In this document: positions 10,441 through 21,271 of the stretch, in pieces
Numbering within the stretch: position 1 is the first letter of the stretch
How the letters are laid out: each line of letters starts with the position of its first letter
Assembly (NCBI GenBank): GCA_024403275.1
Contig: JAKSSD010000006.1
Coordinates: 821-64,820, forward strand
Direction of reading: 5' to 3'
DNA length: 64,000 bases
Source: Lachnospiraceae bacterium
Lineage (GTDB): Bacteria; Bacillota; Clostridia; Lachnospirales; Lachnospiraceae
Translations under genes and position numbers: made by a program
The notes under the pieces: generated by a model
What the model was told of the DNA's origin: nothing
Seen by the model: only the letters and a program-made list of their open reading frames with translations
Database searches by the model: none

Positions 10441-11282
10441 AAGAACGTCTTGATGTGCTACTCGTAAGTAAAGGCCTGGCACCTTCAAGAGAGAAGGCAA
10501 AGGCTTTGATTATGAGCGGTATTGTATATGTTGATGGACAAAAAGAAGATAAAGCTGGTTCTGTATTTGAAGATGATAAGCTTATTGAAGTAAGAGGTAA
10601 TGTACTTCCATTTGTGTCCAGAGGTGGCTTAAAACTTGATAAGGCTGTTAGAGAGTATAATCTTAATTTCAAAGATATGATTTGCCTTGATATAGGAGCT
10701 TCCACAGGTGGATTTACAGATTGTATGCTTCAAAATGATGCATCAAAGGTCTATGCAGTTGACGTAGGTCATGGTCAGCTTGACTGGAAGCTTCGAAATG
10801 ATGAAAAAGTTGTCTGCATGGAAAAATGTAATTTCAGATATGTTACTGAAAAAGAAATCCCAGAGAAAATTGATTTCGCAGCTACAGATGTATCATTTAT
10901 TTCCTTAACTAAGATATTAATTCCTGCTTATAACCTATTAAAAAAGGACGCCTTGATGGTTTGTCTTATTAAACCTCAATTTGAAACAAGCAGAGAAAAG
11001 GTTGGTAAGAAGGGTGTTGTAAGAGAACCAAAGGTTCATGAAGAGGTAATTGAAAAAGTAATTTCGTTCTGTTTAGGTCTTGGTTTTGCTATTGAACATC
11101 TTAATTTTTCTCCTATCAGAGGACCTGAAGGAAATATTGAATATTTGCTTGTAATTAAGAAACTGGAAGATGATATTAAGACTATTGAAAGCTCTGAGGT
11201 AGTTAGTCAGAGCCTTTCGGATGAAATGATGAAATTAATTAAAGAGACTGTAAAATTGTCTCATGAAGATTTGGATAAATAG
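10437..11282 (+). CDS. tlyA: TlyA-family rRNA 2'-O-methyltransferase
   Basis: S4-like N-terminus (RLDVLLVSKGLAPSREKAKALI), FtsJ-type SAM motif (LDIGASTGGFTD), and canonical position after dxs. GTGA overlap with dxs. Confidence 0.88.
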   Translation: MKERLDVLLVSKGLAPSREKAKALIMSGIVYVDGQKEDKAGSVFEDDKLIEVRGNVLPFVSRGGLKLDKAVREYNLNFKDMICLDIGASTGGFTDCMLQNDASKVYAVDVGHGQLDWKLRNDEKVVCMEKCNFRYVTEKEIPEKIDFAATDVSFISLTKILIPAYNLLKKDALMVCLIKPQFETSREKVGKKGVVREPKVHEEVIEKVISFCLGLGFAIEHLNFSPIRGPEGNIEYLLVIKKLEDDIKTIESSEVVSQSLSDEMMKLIKETVKLSHEDLDK

Positions 11283-11290
11283 AGGATGCT

Positions 11291-12136
11291 ATGAGAGTTC
11301 TTGTTTGTGTAAATGTACAAAAGGATAGAGAATTAAAGGCCTGTAATCGAATCTGTGATTATTTGGCATCACAGAATGTTGATTATGATAAGGAGATTCT
11401 TGTTAATAAGGACTCTGCTATAGATAAGGATAAGCTTTCAAAGGCTGATGCTGTTATAGTTCTTGGTGGTGATGGTACTTTGATGAGAGTATCAAAGAAG
11501 TCTTCTGTATATAATGTTCCAATTCTTGGTGTAAATACTGGACATCTTGGTTTCCTTGCTCAAACTGGTGTTGATGGATGCGAAGAGACACTTTCAAGAC
11601 TTATTAAAGGTGATTACCTTCTTGAGAAAAGAATGATGGTTGCCGGAAGAGTACTTAGAGGCAATGAGGTTATTTATGAAGGTGAAGCTTTGAATGATAT
11701 ATGTATCAACAGAGCTGGAGTACTTCAGATTCTTAATTTCGATGTATGCGTTAATGAACAAAATCTTAAGTCATATTCTGCCGACGGTGTTATTATTTCT
11801 ACACCTACTGGTTCAACGGGCTATAATCTTTCTGCAGGAGGCCCTATAGTAGAGCCATCAGCAGATATGATAGTATTAACACCGATTTGTGCTCATACAT
11901 TTATGAACAGAAGTATTTTGTTTAAGGCTGAAGATGTTGTATCGATTATTATAGGCGAACCTCATGATGCTATTACAGGTCAGACAGTAACAGCAAGCTT
12001 TGATGGATTTGATAATATTGAACTTAAGAAGGGTGATATCGTTGAGATTACAAAATCTAATTCAATTGTTAGTTTTGTTCAGCTTAACAATGTTAATTTC
12101 CTTGAAACACTTAATAGAAAGTTACGAGAATACTAA
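11291..12136 (+). CDS. nadK: NAD kinase
   Basis: GGDGTLM and TPTGSTGYNLSAGGPIV motifs. Confidence 0.9.
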   Translation: MRVLVCVNVQKDRELKACNRICDYLASQNVDYDKEILVNKDSAIDKDKLSKADAVIVLGGDGTLMRVSKKSSVYNVPILGVNTGHLGFLAQTGVDGCEETLSRLIKGDYLLEKRMMVAGRVLRGNEVIYEGEALNDICINRAGVLQILNFDVCVNEQNLKSYSADGVIISTPTGSTGYNLSAGGPIVEPSADMIVLTPICAHTFMNRSILFKAEDVVSIIIGEPHDAITGQTVTASFDGFDNIELKKGDIVEITKSNSIVSFVQLNNVNFLETLNRKLREY

Positions 12137-12174
12137 AATTCTTTTGTGTTTGGGAAGGCACAAGAGGAGGATAA

Positions 12175-13857
12175 ATGCTACTTAATTTACATGTTAAAAA
12201 TTTTGCGCTAATAGATGAAGCGGATGTTGATTTTGATAAAGGATTAAACATTCTGACTGGTGAAACTGGAGCTGGTAAATCAATTATTCTTGGCTCTATG
12301 AATTTGGCTCTTGGTGCAAAAGCAGATAAAGATTCAATTAGAAATGGTGCAGAGTTCGCACTTGTTGAAATGACATTTTCGATAGAGAATGATATTCAAA
12401 AAGAAATTCTAAATTCCATGGATATTTATCCTGAAGATGGAATTCTTGTCATTCAAAGGAAGATTCTTCCAACAAGAAGCGTATTTAAAGTTAATGGTGA
12501 GACCGTAAATGCTTCTTTGGTTAAGGATATTGCAAATATTCTTATTGATGTTTATGGTCAGCATGATTATCAGTATCTTTTGAAGCCTCAAAAACATATA
12601 GAAATACTTGATTCTTATGCAGATGATTCCTTTACAAAATTACTTAAAGACTACAGGGATTTATACAAGGAATATCTGTCAGTTAAGGAAGAATTAAATG
12701 CTCCTGAGATTGATGAAGTAAAAAGAGAAAGAGAAGTGTCTCTTTTGAAATATCAGATTAATGAAATAGAATCTGCCTCGCTTAAGGAAGGAGAGGAAGA
12801 AGAGATTCAGGATAGATTAAAGGTTTTGGAAAATTCAGCAAAGATTCAAAGCACTTTAGGGAATATTAAGGAACTGCTATTTGAAATGAATTCATCTGCT
12901 TCAGAAAATGTCGATATGGCATTGAGAGAAAGTCTTCAGATTTCGAATGTAGATGATAGATTAGCAGGTCTTTCTGAAGAGATTGGAGATATATCCAATT
13001 CTCTGTCCGAGATTTCAAGAGAAATCAATGATTGCCTTGACGATTATACTCTTGATGAGGAAAGTCTTGATATTATGAGAGAAAGATATGAACTCATAAA
13101 TGATTTAGAGAGAAAATATGGTAAGACAATAAAGGATATTAACATATATTATGAAGAAAAGGTTGCAGAACTTGAAGTGCTTCAGAATATGGATGAAAAG
13201 AAAGCCAGATTGACTAAAGAATTTGAAAGATTAGAAAAGCTTCTTAAAGATAAGGCTTCGAATATTACAAAAGCCAGAAATAAGAATGCGAAAGAGTTCG
13301 AGAAATCAATTATTAAGAGTCTTGCGGATTTGAATTTTAATCAGGCGGATTTCAAGGTTGAAATAAAAGAACTTCCTGAATTTGGAATTAATGGACTTGA
13401 TAAAGTTGGCTTTACGATTTCAACTAATCCAGGTGAAACAAGAAAGCCACTTGAAAATGTAGCAAGTGGTGGTGAATTATCCAGAATTATGCTTGCTATT
13501 AAGGCTGTGGCTGCTAATAGTGAGCAGAAGGCCACACTTATATTTGATGAAATCGATGCAGGTATCTCGGGTGTAACTGCATGGAAGGTAGCTGAAAAAT
13601 TGGCAAGCTTATCCTTTAATCATCAGGTTGTTTGTATTACTCACTTACAACAAATTGCTGCTATGGCTGACAGACATTTTGAGATTAAAAAATCAGTGTC
13701 TAATCAAAGAACTGAAACTTCAATATCAGTACTTGATGAGGAAGGTCAGATTAAAGAGATTATAAGAATGTTAGGAGATGAAACTTCTTCTGAAACATTT
13801 AGGGAAAATGCTCTTGAATTAAAGAAAAGAGCAAGTAATTACAAATTGCAAAAATAA
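12175..13857 (+). CDS. recN: DNA repair protein RecN
   Basis: MLLNLHVKNFALID..LTGETGAGKSI Walker A, coiled-coil middle region, C-terminal ASGGELSRIMLA signature and LIFDEIDAGISG Walker B. GAGGAGG Shine-Dalgarno. Confidence 0.93.
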   Translation: MLLNLHVKNFALIDEADVDFDKGLNILTGETGAGKSIILGSMNLALGAKADKDSIRNGAEFALVEMTFSIENDIQKEILNSMDIYPEDGILVIQRKILPTRSVFKVNGETVNASLVKDIANILIDVYGQHDYQYLLKPQKHIEILDSYADDSFTKLLKDYRDLYKEYLSVKEELNAPEIDEVKREREVSLLKYQINEIESASLKEGEEEEIQDRLKVLENSAKIQSTLGNIKELLFEMNSSASENVDMALRESLQISNVDDRLAGLSEEIGDISNSLSEISREINDCLDDYTLDEESLDIMRERYELINDLERKYGKTIKDINIYYEEKVAELEVLQNMDEKKARLTKEFERLEKLLKDKASNITKARNKNAKEFEKSIIKSLADLNFNQADFKVEIKELPEFGINGLDKVGFTISTNPGETRKPLENVASGGELSRIMLAIKAVAANSEQKATLIFDEIDAGISGVTAWKVAEKLASLSFNHQVVCITHLQQIAAMADRHFEIKKSVSNQRTETSISVLDEEGQIKEIIRMLGDETSSETFRENALELKKRASNYKLQK

Positions 13858-13905
13858 GCAAAAATGTCTATAATATTCATATATTGACAATTGGAGGGTA
13901 ATACA

Positions 13906-15351
13906 ATGAAAAATATACTTTTTGTAGCTTCTGAAGGTGTTCCATTTATTAAAACAGGAGGTCTCGCCGATGTTGTTGGATCACTTCCTAAATGCATTGA
14001 CAAGAGATATTTTGATGTCAGAGTAATGATTCCTAAATACACATGTATTAAGCAGGAATTAAAAGATAAAATGGTTTATAAAACCAGCTTCTATATGGAT
14101 TTCCATTGGGGAAATGAGTACGTAGGAATTCTTGAAGCAGAAGTAGATGGTGTTAAGTATTATTTCATTGATAATGAATCAAAATTTGGTGGAGATCATC
14201 CATATAGTTCTAATGTATATGATGATATCGAGAGATTTGCTTTCTTCTCAAAGGCTGCCTTATCAGCCATGCCACTTCTTGATTTCAGACCTGATGTAAT
14301 TCATTGCCATGACTGGCAGACAGGACTTATTCCTGTATATCTTAAAGAGCGTTTCCAGGGTAATGATTTCTTCCATGGAATCAAATCAGTTATGACTATT
14401 CATAACCTTAAGTTCCAGGGTAAATGGGATGTTCCTGCAGTACAGGATATTACAGGCCTTCCAGATTATTTCTTTACACCTGACAAGCTTGAGTCATATA
14501 AGAATGCTAACCTTTTAAAGGGTGGTCTTGTATACGCAGATGCTATTACAACTGTATCTGATACATATGCTAAGGAGATTATGACTGAATTCTATGGCGA
14601 GAGTCTTGATGGACTTATGCGTGCCAGAGAGAATGATTTAAGAGGTATTGTAAATGGTATCGACTATACTGATTACAATCCTACTACAGATAAGTATATT
14701 GATTATCCTTATACAGCTGCTAATTACAGAAAAGAAAAGATTAAAAATAAGAGAAAACTTCAGCAGGAACTTGGTCTTGAAGAGAACGATAAGATTATGA
14801 TGATTGGTATTGTTTCAAGACTTACAGATCAGAAGGGATTTGATCTTATTGCATATATTATGGATGAACTTTGCCAGGATGCGGTACAGATTGTTGTGCT
14901 TGGTACTGGTGAAGAGAGATATGAAAATATGTTTAGACATTTTGACTGGAAATATAACAACAAAGTGTCAGCAAATATTTATTATTCAGAGGGATTGAGC
15001 CATAAGATTTATGCAGCATGTGATGCATTCCTTATGCCATCATTATTTGAGCCTTGCGGACTTAGTCAGCTTATGGCTTTAAGATATGGTACTATTCCAA
15101 TTGTTCGTGAAACAGGTGGACTTAAGGATACAGTTGAACCATATAATGAATATGAATCAACAGGTACCGGTTTCAGCTTCACTAATTACAATGCTCATGA
15201 AATGCTTGCTACAATCCGTTATGCTGAGAAGATTTATTACGACAAGAAACGTGAATGGAACAAGATGATTGACAGAAGTATGGCTGTTGACTTCTCATGG
15301 GAAGTATCTGCTAATAAATACCAGGAAATGTATGACTGGTTGATTGGTTAA
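13906..15351 (+). CDS. glgA: glycogen synthase (ADP-glucose type)
   Basis: MKNILFVASEGVPFIKTGGLADVVGSLP N-terminus and the C-terminal EPCGLSQLMALRYGTIPIVRETGGLKDTV motif. GGAGGG lies upstream of ATG 13906. Confidence 0.92.
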   Translation: MKNILFVASEGVPFIKTGGLADVVGSLPKCIDKRYFDVRVMIPKYTCIKQELKDKMVYKTSFYMDFHWGNEYVGILEAEVDGVKYYFIDNESKFGGDHPYSSNVYDDIERFAFFSKAALSAMPLLDFRPDVIHCHDWQTGLIPVYLKERFQGNDFFHGIKSVMTIHNLKFQGKWDVPAVQDITGLPDYFFTPDKLESYKNANLLKGGLVYADAITTVSDTYAKEIMTEFYGESLDGLMRARENDLRGIVNGIDYTDYNPTTDKYIDYPYTAANYRKEKIKNKRKLQQELGLEENDKIMMIGIVSRLTDQKGFDLIAYIMDELCQDAVQIVVLGTGEERYENMFRHFDWKYNNKVSANIYYSEGLSHKIYAACDAFLMPSLFEPCGLSQLMALRYGTIPIVRETGGLKDTVEPYNEYESTGTGFSFTNYNAHEMLATIRYAEKIYYDKKREWNKMIDRSMAVDFSWEVSANKYQEMYDWLIG

Positions 15352-15374
15352 TTACTGATTATAAATCTATTGAT

Positions 15375-15402
15375 GGCGTCGTCTTGTTGCGACGCCTTTT
15401 TT
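15375..15402 (+). terminator. rho-independent terminator after glgA
   Basis: GGCGTCG / CGACGCC stem followed by TTTTTT. Confidence 0.75.
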
Positions 15403-15409
15403 ATAGGAT

Positions 15410-16300
15410 ATGAGTAAGAAAAAGAATAAGAAAAAATATAAATTAAATAGTTTTGATAATTCTATTAATTCAAATGATCCTAAATATGCACCACAACTTG
15501 CTGATATGGAATTTAAAGAGAAAATAATAATTCCTTATATTATGTCTAATGATACCGGTGGATTTAGATTCTTTATGATTTTTATGTCGGTTTTGTTTTT
15601 GGTTACTGATATTGTAATGTTTTTTGTTTATGGAATTAAAGATTCATTTATTTTTGCTATAGGTTATTTAGGATTTATATTATTCTTAATTTTAGTAATA
15701 AAATTTGCGCCATTACTAAATGTTTGGCGTATTAGAAAGCAAAAAATATATTATAAAATAGTTGATTTTTGCTATTTTTCTTCAAATCATGTTCACACTA
15801 CCAAATATGACTATAATGTTCCTGCAATGGTGGTTTATGAAAGATTTGATTATAAAGATGCGCAGATTATCAACTATGGATGTTCTTATAAGGATTCAAA
15901 CTCCAAACTAGGTAATAAGTCTAGTAGGAAACTAAAAAAGAATGATAAGGTATATAAGATAACAAATGAAAAAGGTAAGGTGTTAATGCTTATTGGTGAG
16001 GGCACTGGTGATTTTAGTAAGGATAAATTCTCATTTAACAAGGTAAAATTAGTATTAATTAAAATGTTATTGTTTTTCATTAAGACGGAGATAGGCGTTT
16101 TATTATTACAAGCTTTGCTGACTCTATTATTTACTTTGTTTTCATGGATTCAAAGACCTGATTTGATGTTTAAGTACTTTGAGTGGTATTGTATTTTTGG
16201 CTCGGTTGATGGATTCTTGGAATTTATGATTTTTGGTTCTATATTACCATTTTTACTGACTCTTTTTTATCCATTATTTAATGTAAGGGATTTGAAATAA
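15410..16300 (+). CDS. hypothetical multi-pass membrane protein
   Basis: Long ORF with a Lys-rich N-terminus, two N-terminal and several C-terminal hydrophobic helices, and no recognisable family. The Shine-Dalgarno is weak, so the start is uncertain. Confidence 0.5.
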   Translation: MSKKKNKKKYKLNSFDNSINSNDPKYAPQLADMEFKEKIIIPYIMSNDTGGFRFFMIFMSVLFLVTDIVMFFVYGIKDSFIFAIGYLGFILFLILVIKFAPLLNVWRIRKQKIYYKIVDFCYFSSNHVHTTKYDYNVPAMVVYERFDYKDAQIINYGCSYKDSNSKLGNKSSRKLKKNDKVYKITNEKGKVLMLIGEGTGDFSKDKFSFNKVKLVLIKMLLFFIKTEIGVLLLQALLTLLFTLFSWIQRPDLMFKYFEWYCIFGSVDGFLEFMIFGSILPFLLTLFYPLFNVRDLK

Positions 16301-16320
16301 TAATTTATAGGTGTTTTATT

Positions 16321-18102
16321 ATGGCTTACGATGGTTTTTGTATAGGTAAAATAGTTAAAGAATATAAGGAATTACTTGTGGATGCAAAGATTTCAAAAAT
16401 AATTGAACCTGCATCTCATGAGGTGATTCTTGTTATTAAAAGTTATAAGGGATCGTTTAATATTCTCTGTTCAGCTAATCCGGCTGTTCCATATACCTTT
16501 GTGGTTGAGGATAAGCCAGAGGCTCCAATGCAGGCACCTATGTTTTGCATGGTGCTTAGAAAATATATCTTAAATGGTAAGATCCTTGATGTGTATCAGA
16601 CTGGAAATGAGAGAATTATTACCTTTGATATCGAGCATATGAATGAGATGGGAGATAAGTCTGTTAAAAAACTTATTCTTGAACTCATGGGTAAGTACAG
16701 TAATGTTATTCTTGTGGAAGAGGATGGTACGATAATTGATAGTATCAAGCATGTCAATGCTATAACAAGCTCTATTCGTGAGGTTGGTCCTGGAAAGAAA
16801 TATTTTGTACCTGATGAGATTACAAGAATATCTCCTTACAACGAAGGTAAAATTGACGAAGCTTATTTAAAAGATAAATTAATATATATTAAAGATAATA
16901 ATAAATCAAATTCTAATATTGTAAATGTTATCGCAAAAGAATTCGAAGGTGTCTCAAAGGTCACAGCAAAGGAAATAGTAAAAAGGTCTGAGATTGATTC
17001 TTTATTAACCTTTGCAGATTTAAATGAAGAGTCTTTGAATGATTTACTTAAGGGCTTTATTTCGCTCCTTAAAGATATGGAAAATGAGGAATTAGTTTAT
17101 TTATACAAGGATGATGCAGGATTTGTTGAATATACTAATACGCCATATGAATCTCTTGAAGACTATTCTTATGTAACTGAGAATAGAATGATTTTTGCTC
17201 TGTCAAAATTCTATAAATCCAAGCAGGTAAGAACTACTAACAATCAAAAGAGTGGTGAACTTGCAAGATTTGTAAAGAATATTTTAGAGAAAGACAAAAA
17301 TAAAATGCTTCTTTGGGAGAATGACCTTAAGGATTGTGAGAATAAGGAAGAGTTAAAGATTAAGGGAGAGCTTCTTAAGGCTTATGCTTATTCACTTACT
17401 AAGGGAAAGGAAGCAAAGGTATTAAACTATTATACAAATGAAGAAGAGATAATAGAACTTGATGAGAGACTAACTATAATCGAGAATTCAAATAAATATT
17501 TCAAACTATATAATAAAGCTAAAAGATGTGAAAATGCAGTCACAGAATTGATGCTTAAGACAGAAGATGAGATTGATTATTTAGAGGAAATTCTTTTGTT
17601 CTTATCACTTGCTGAAAATGCATCTGATATTGATGAGATTAAAGCCGAATTATCTCAAAAGGGATATTTAAGAAAGAAAAATATCAAAACATTAAAGAAG
17701 ACTAAATCAAAGATTAAGCATTATTTATACAAGGATAATTATCATATTTATGTGGGTAAGAATAATGTTCAAAATGAGGAGATTTCATTTAAGAAGGCTG
17801 TAGGTAATGACTGGTGGTTCCATGCTAAAGGAATTCCTGGCTCTCATGTAATTGTTAAATCAGACTCAGATAATCCAGCTACAGAATGGGATATGCCGGA
17901 TGATGTCTTCGAAGTTGCAGGAGCATTGGCGGCTGCGAATTCAAAGCATTCTGATATGACAAAGGTAGAGATTGATTATACTAGAAAGAAACATTTGAAG
18001 AGACCTGCAGACGGAAATATGGGTATGGTTATATATCATACTAATTATTCTTTGGTAGCGAGTCCTGACCTTTCAAGGTTTGAATTGACTACTATCAGCT
18101 GA
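16321..18102 (+). CDS. rqcH: NFACT-family ribosome quality control protein (fibronectin-binding protein A-like, RqcH)
   Basis: N-terminal NFACT-N pattern (MAYDGFCIGKIVKE...ISKIIEP), coiled-coil middle region, C-terminal NFACT-R (WWFHAKGIPGSHVIV). Confidence 0.85.
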   Translation: MAYDGFCIGKIVKEYKELLVDAKISKIIEPASHEVILVIKSYKGSFNILCSANPAVPYTFVVEDKPEAPMQAPMFCMVLRKYILNGKILDVYQTGNERIITFDIEHMNEMGDKSVKKLILELMGKYSNVILVEEDGTIIDSIKHVNAITSSIREVGPGKKYFVPDEITRISPYNEGKIDEAYLKDKLIYIKDNNKSNSNIVNVIAKEFEGVSKVTAKEIVKRSEIDSLLTFADLNEESLNDLLKGFISLLKDMENEELVYLYKDDAGFVEYTNTPYESLEDYSYVTENRMIFALSKFYKSKQVRTTNNQKSGELARFVKNILEKDKNKMLLWENDLKDCENKEELKIKGELLKAYAYSLTKGKEAKVLNYYTNEEEIIELDERLTIIENSNKYFKLYNKAKRCENAVTELMLKTEDEIDYLEEILLFLSLAENASDIDEIKAELSQKGYLRKKNIKTLKKTKSKIKHYLYKDNYHIYVGKNNVQNEEISFKKAVGNDWWFHAKGIPGSHVIVKSDSDNPATEWDMPDDVFEVAGALAAANSKHSDMTKVEIDYTRKKHLKRPADGNMGMVIYHTNYSLVASPDLSRFELTTIS

Positions 18103-18149
18103 TGAAGTATAATTCTTATGTATGCAAAAAATTCAAAGGGTGGGAAATT

Positions 18150-19028
18150 ATGGTTAAAAGTATGACTGGCTACGGCCGCTCGGAGAAGATTACTACTACG
18201 GGTAAATGTACAGTTGAAATTAAATCTGTAAATCACAGATATCTTGATTTATCAATTAAGCTTCCTCGTAAGTTTAATTGTTTTGAAAGTGAAATCAGAG
18301 AAATTCTTAAGGATTATATTCAAAGAGGCAAGGTTGATGTATATGTCTCATATGAAGATTATTCCAAGGACAGTGTAAATATTAAGTATAATTCACAGAT
18401 TGCTGCTGAATATATGAAATATTTAAGAGAGATGGCAGACGAGTTTGATCTTGATGATGATATCAGAGTATCTACTATTTCAAGAATGCCAGATGTTCTT
18501 GTACTTGAGGATGAAAATATTAACGAAGATGAGGCTTGGAAACTTCTTAAAGAATGTTTACATGAGGCTTGTGATGTATTCGTTGTTTCAAGAATCAAGG
18601 AAGGTGAGAATCTTAAGAAAGATCTTATTGAGAAGCTTGAGGTTATTCGTTCTAATGTTGAATTTATCGAAGAGAAGAGCCCTCAGGTGATTGAAGATTA
18701 TAAGAATCGTCTTACAAATAAGATTAAAGAAGTTTTAGAAGATCGTCAGATTGATGAAGCTAGAATCCTTACTGAAGTTTGTATTTATTCAGACAAGGTT
18801 TGTGTGGATGAAGAGATTGTAAGACTTAAGAGTCATATTGATACAACTATTGAAACTCTCAATAATGGTGGTGCAGTTGGCAAGAGACTTGATTTTGTTG
18901 CGCAGGAGCTTAATAGAGAAGCCAACACAACTTTATCAAAATCTAACAATATTGAGATATCAAATGTTGCTATCAGCATAAAGACAGATATTGAGAAAAT
19001 CAGAGAGCAGATTCAGAATATTGAATAA
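18150..19028 (+). CDS. yicC: YicC-family stress-induced protein
   Basis: MVKSMTGYGR N-terminus and C-terminal DFVAQELNREANT motif; canonical position before gmk-rpoZ. Confidence 0.85.
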   Translation: MVKSMTGYGRSEKITTTGKCTVEIKSVNHRYLDLSIKLPRKFNCFESEIREILKDYIQRGKVDVYVSYEDYSKDSVNIKYNSQIAAEYMKYLREMADEFDLDDDIRVSTISRMPDVLVLEDENINEDEAWKLLKECLHEACDVFVVSRIKEGENLKKDLIEKLEVIRSNVEFIEEKSPQVIEDYKNRLTNKIKEVLEDRQIDEARILTEVCIYSDKVCVDEEIVRLKSHIDTTIETLNNGGAVGKRLDFVAQELNREANTTLSKSNNIEISNVAISIKTDIEKIREQIQNIE

Positions 19029-19037
19029 GGAGTTCTT

Positions 19038-19670
19038 ATGAACAATAATGGAATATTGGTTGTAATATCAGGATTTTCAGGAGCAGGCAAAGGTACTTTG
19101 GTTAAGAAGCTTCTTGCAGATTATGATAATTATGCGTTGAGCATATCAATGACAACGAGAAAAAGCCGAGAAGGTGAAGAAGATGGTGTACATTATTTCT
19201 TTGTAGACCATGAGAAATTTGAAAAGACTATCGCAGAAGATGGACTTCTTGAATACGCTTCATATTGTGGCAATTATTATGGCACACCAAAGGCTTATGT
19301 TGAGGAAATGATTTCTAAGGGAAAAGATGTAATTCTTGAAATTGAAGTTCAGGGAGCATTACAGATTAAGAAGAAATATCCTAATTCATTATTGTTATTC
19401 GTAACACCTCCGAGTGCTCAGAATCTGTATGACAGACTTAAAGGAAGAAATACAGAGACAGAGGAACAGATAAATAAGCGTATTTCAAGAGCTGTAGAGG
19501 AAGCAGACTGGATTGAAAAGTATGATTTCCTTGTAATAAATGACACGCTTGATGAATGTGTTAAGAATCTGAATGACATGATTACTGCTGCTCATTATTC
19601 ACCAGATAGACAGCAGGAATTGATTCATAAATTAAAAGAAGATTTAGATTTAATATCGAAAGGAGAATAG
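19038..19670 (+). CDS. gmk: guanylate kinase
   Basis: VISGFSGAGKGT P-loop and TTRKSREGEEDGVHYFF motif. Confidence 0.93.
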   Translation: MNNNGILVVISGFSGAGKGTLVKKLLADYDNYALSISMTTRKSREGEEDGVHYFFVDHEKFEKTIAEDGLLEYASYCGNYYGTPKAYVEEMISKGKDVILEIEVQGALQIKKKYPNSLLLFVTPPSAQNLYDRLKGRNTETEEQINKRISRAVEEADWIEKYDFLVINDTLDECVKNLNDMITAAHYSPDRQQELIHKLKEDLDLISKGE

Positions 19671-19672
19671 AA

Positions 19673-19900
19673 ATGTTACATCCGTCTTATACTGATTTGA
19701 TGAACGTTGTTAACTATGATGCAGTGGAGGCAGGAGATTCACCTGTTGTTAATTCACGTTATTCAATTGTTATGGCAACATCACAGAGAGCTCGCCAGAT
19801 TATTGATGGCGCTGAACCACTTGTTAATAATGCAAAAGAAAAGCCCTTATCTATAGCTGTTGAAGAATTAAACAGTTCTAAAATTAAAATTGTGGGCTAA
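19673..19900 (+). CDS. rpoZ: DNA-directed RNA polymerase subunit omega
   Basis: 75 aa, NSRYSIVMATSQRARQI motif, position after gmk. Confidence 0.88.
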   Translation: MLHPSYTDLMNVVNYDAVEAGDSPVVNSRYSIVMATSQRARQIIDGAEPLVNNAKEKPLSIAVEELNSSKIKIVG

Positions 19901-19913
19901 TATATGTGAAATT

Positions 19914-19942
19914 AAGCCCTTGAGTATCTCAAGGGCTTTTTT
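19914..19942 (+). terminator. rho-independent terminator after rpoZ
   Basis: AAGCCCTTGAG / CTCAAGGGCTT stem followed by TTTTT. Confidence 0.8.
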
Positions 19943-19951
19943 AGGAGTTAT

Positions 19952-21271
19952 ATGAAGATATATTTTGTATCCCTTGGATGTGATAAGAATCTTGTTGATT
20001 CTGAACATATGCTTGGAAGATTATCAAAAAAATATGAAATCATTAATGATCCGGAAGAAGCAGATATTGCTGTAGTAAATACCTGTGCTTTTATCAATGA
20101 TGCCAAAGAAGAAAGTATAAATACAATTATTGAGCTTTCTGGTTTGAAGACAGAGAATTTAAAGCATTTATTTATTACAGGATGTCTTTCTCAAAGATAT
20201 CATGAAGATCTGGAAGGTTTAATTCCGGAAATTGATGGATTTATTGGTATTAGTGCAATTGACAGGATCGTTGAAGATATAGACAGAGTAGTAGAAGGCG
20301 AGAAGGTTAAGGATTTTCCTGATATTAATGACCCTCAAAATATTACAGCTTTTAGATATATGACTCCGCCATATCATAGCTCTTATCTTAAGATTGCAGA
20401 AGGTTGTGATAAGAATTGTACTTATTGCTCGATTCCTTCTATCAGAGGAGCTTTTAGATCAATTCCTATGGAAGAGCTTGTTGATGAAGCTAAGTACCTT
20501 GCAGATAATGGTGTTTCAGAAATAATTTTAATTGCTCAGGAAACTACTGTTTATGGTACTGATTTGTATGGAAAGAAAAGTCTTGTTGAGCTTGTTGAAA
20601 AAATCTCAGAAATTGATGGAATTAAGTGGATTAGACTTATGTATTGCTATCCAGAAGAGATTGATGATGCTTTAATTGATCTTTTGGCTAAGAATAAAAA
20701 GGTTTGTCATTATCTTGATATTCCAATTCAACATTCTTCTGATTTGATTTTGCAAAGAATGGGAAGAAGAACTTCCAGAAAAGATTTAGTGGATATTATT
20801 ACTAAGCTTAGAAATAAAGTTCCAGATATTTCTCTTCGTACTTCTTTAATTGCTGGTTTCCCAGGAGAAACACAAGAAGACTTTGAAGATTTATTAGCAT
20901 TTGTAAAGGAAATTAAATTTGACAGACTTGGAGTATTTGCATATTCGAGAGAAGAAGGTACTCTTGCTTATAAGTTTAAGAATCAGGTTCCTCAAAAGAT
21001 TAAGAAAGAGCGAAGAAATAAGATTATGGAAGAACAGTCAAAGATTTCTGAGTATAAAAATTCTTTGATGGTTGATAAAGTCTTTACGGCTATTATTGAT
21101 GGTTTTGATCCTGAAAATGAAGTTTATGTTGGTCGTCTTTATAAGGATGCTCCAGATGTGGATGGAGTAGTATTTATTAAGGGAGATAGAAACCTTATGA
21201 GCGGTGATTATGTTGACGTATTAATTACTGACTATAATGAATATGATTTAATTGGAGAAATTAAAGAATGA
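19952..21271 (+). CDS. rimO: ribosomal protein S12 methylthiotransferase RimO
   Basis: N-terminal MTTase domain (VSLGCDKNLVDSE), radical SAM CDKNCTYCSIP motif, C-terminal TRAM-like region. Confidence 0.92.
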   Translation: MKIYFVSLGCDKNLVDSEHMLGRLSKKYEIINDPEEADIAVVNTCAFINDAKEESINTIIELSGLKTENLKHLFITGCLSQRYHEDLEGLIPEIDGFIGISAIDRIVEDIDRVVEGEKVKDFPDINDPQNITAFRYMTPPYHSSYLKIAEGCDKNCTYCSIPSIRGAFRSIPMEELVDEAKYLADNGVSEIILIAQETTVYGTDLYGKKSLVELVEKISEIDGIKWIRLMYCYPEEIDDALIDLLAKNKKVCHYLDIPIQHSSDLILQRMGRRTSRKDLVDIITKLRNKVPDISLRTSLIAGFPGETQEDFEDLLAFVKEIKFDRLGVFAYSREEGTLAYKFKNQVPQKIKKERRNKIMEEQSKISEYKNSLMVDKVFTAIIDGFDPENEVYVGRLYKDAPDVDGVVFIKGDRNLMSGDYVDVLITDYNEYDLIGEIKE

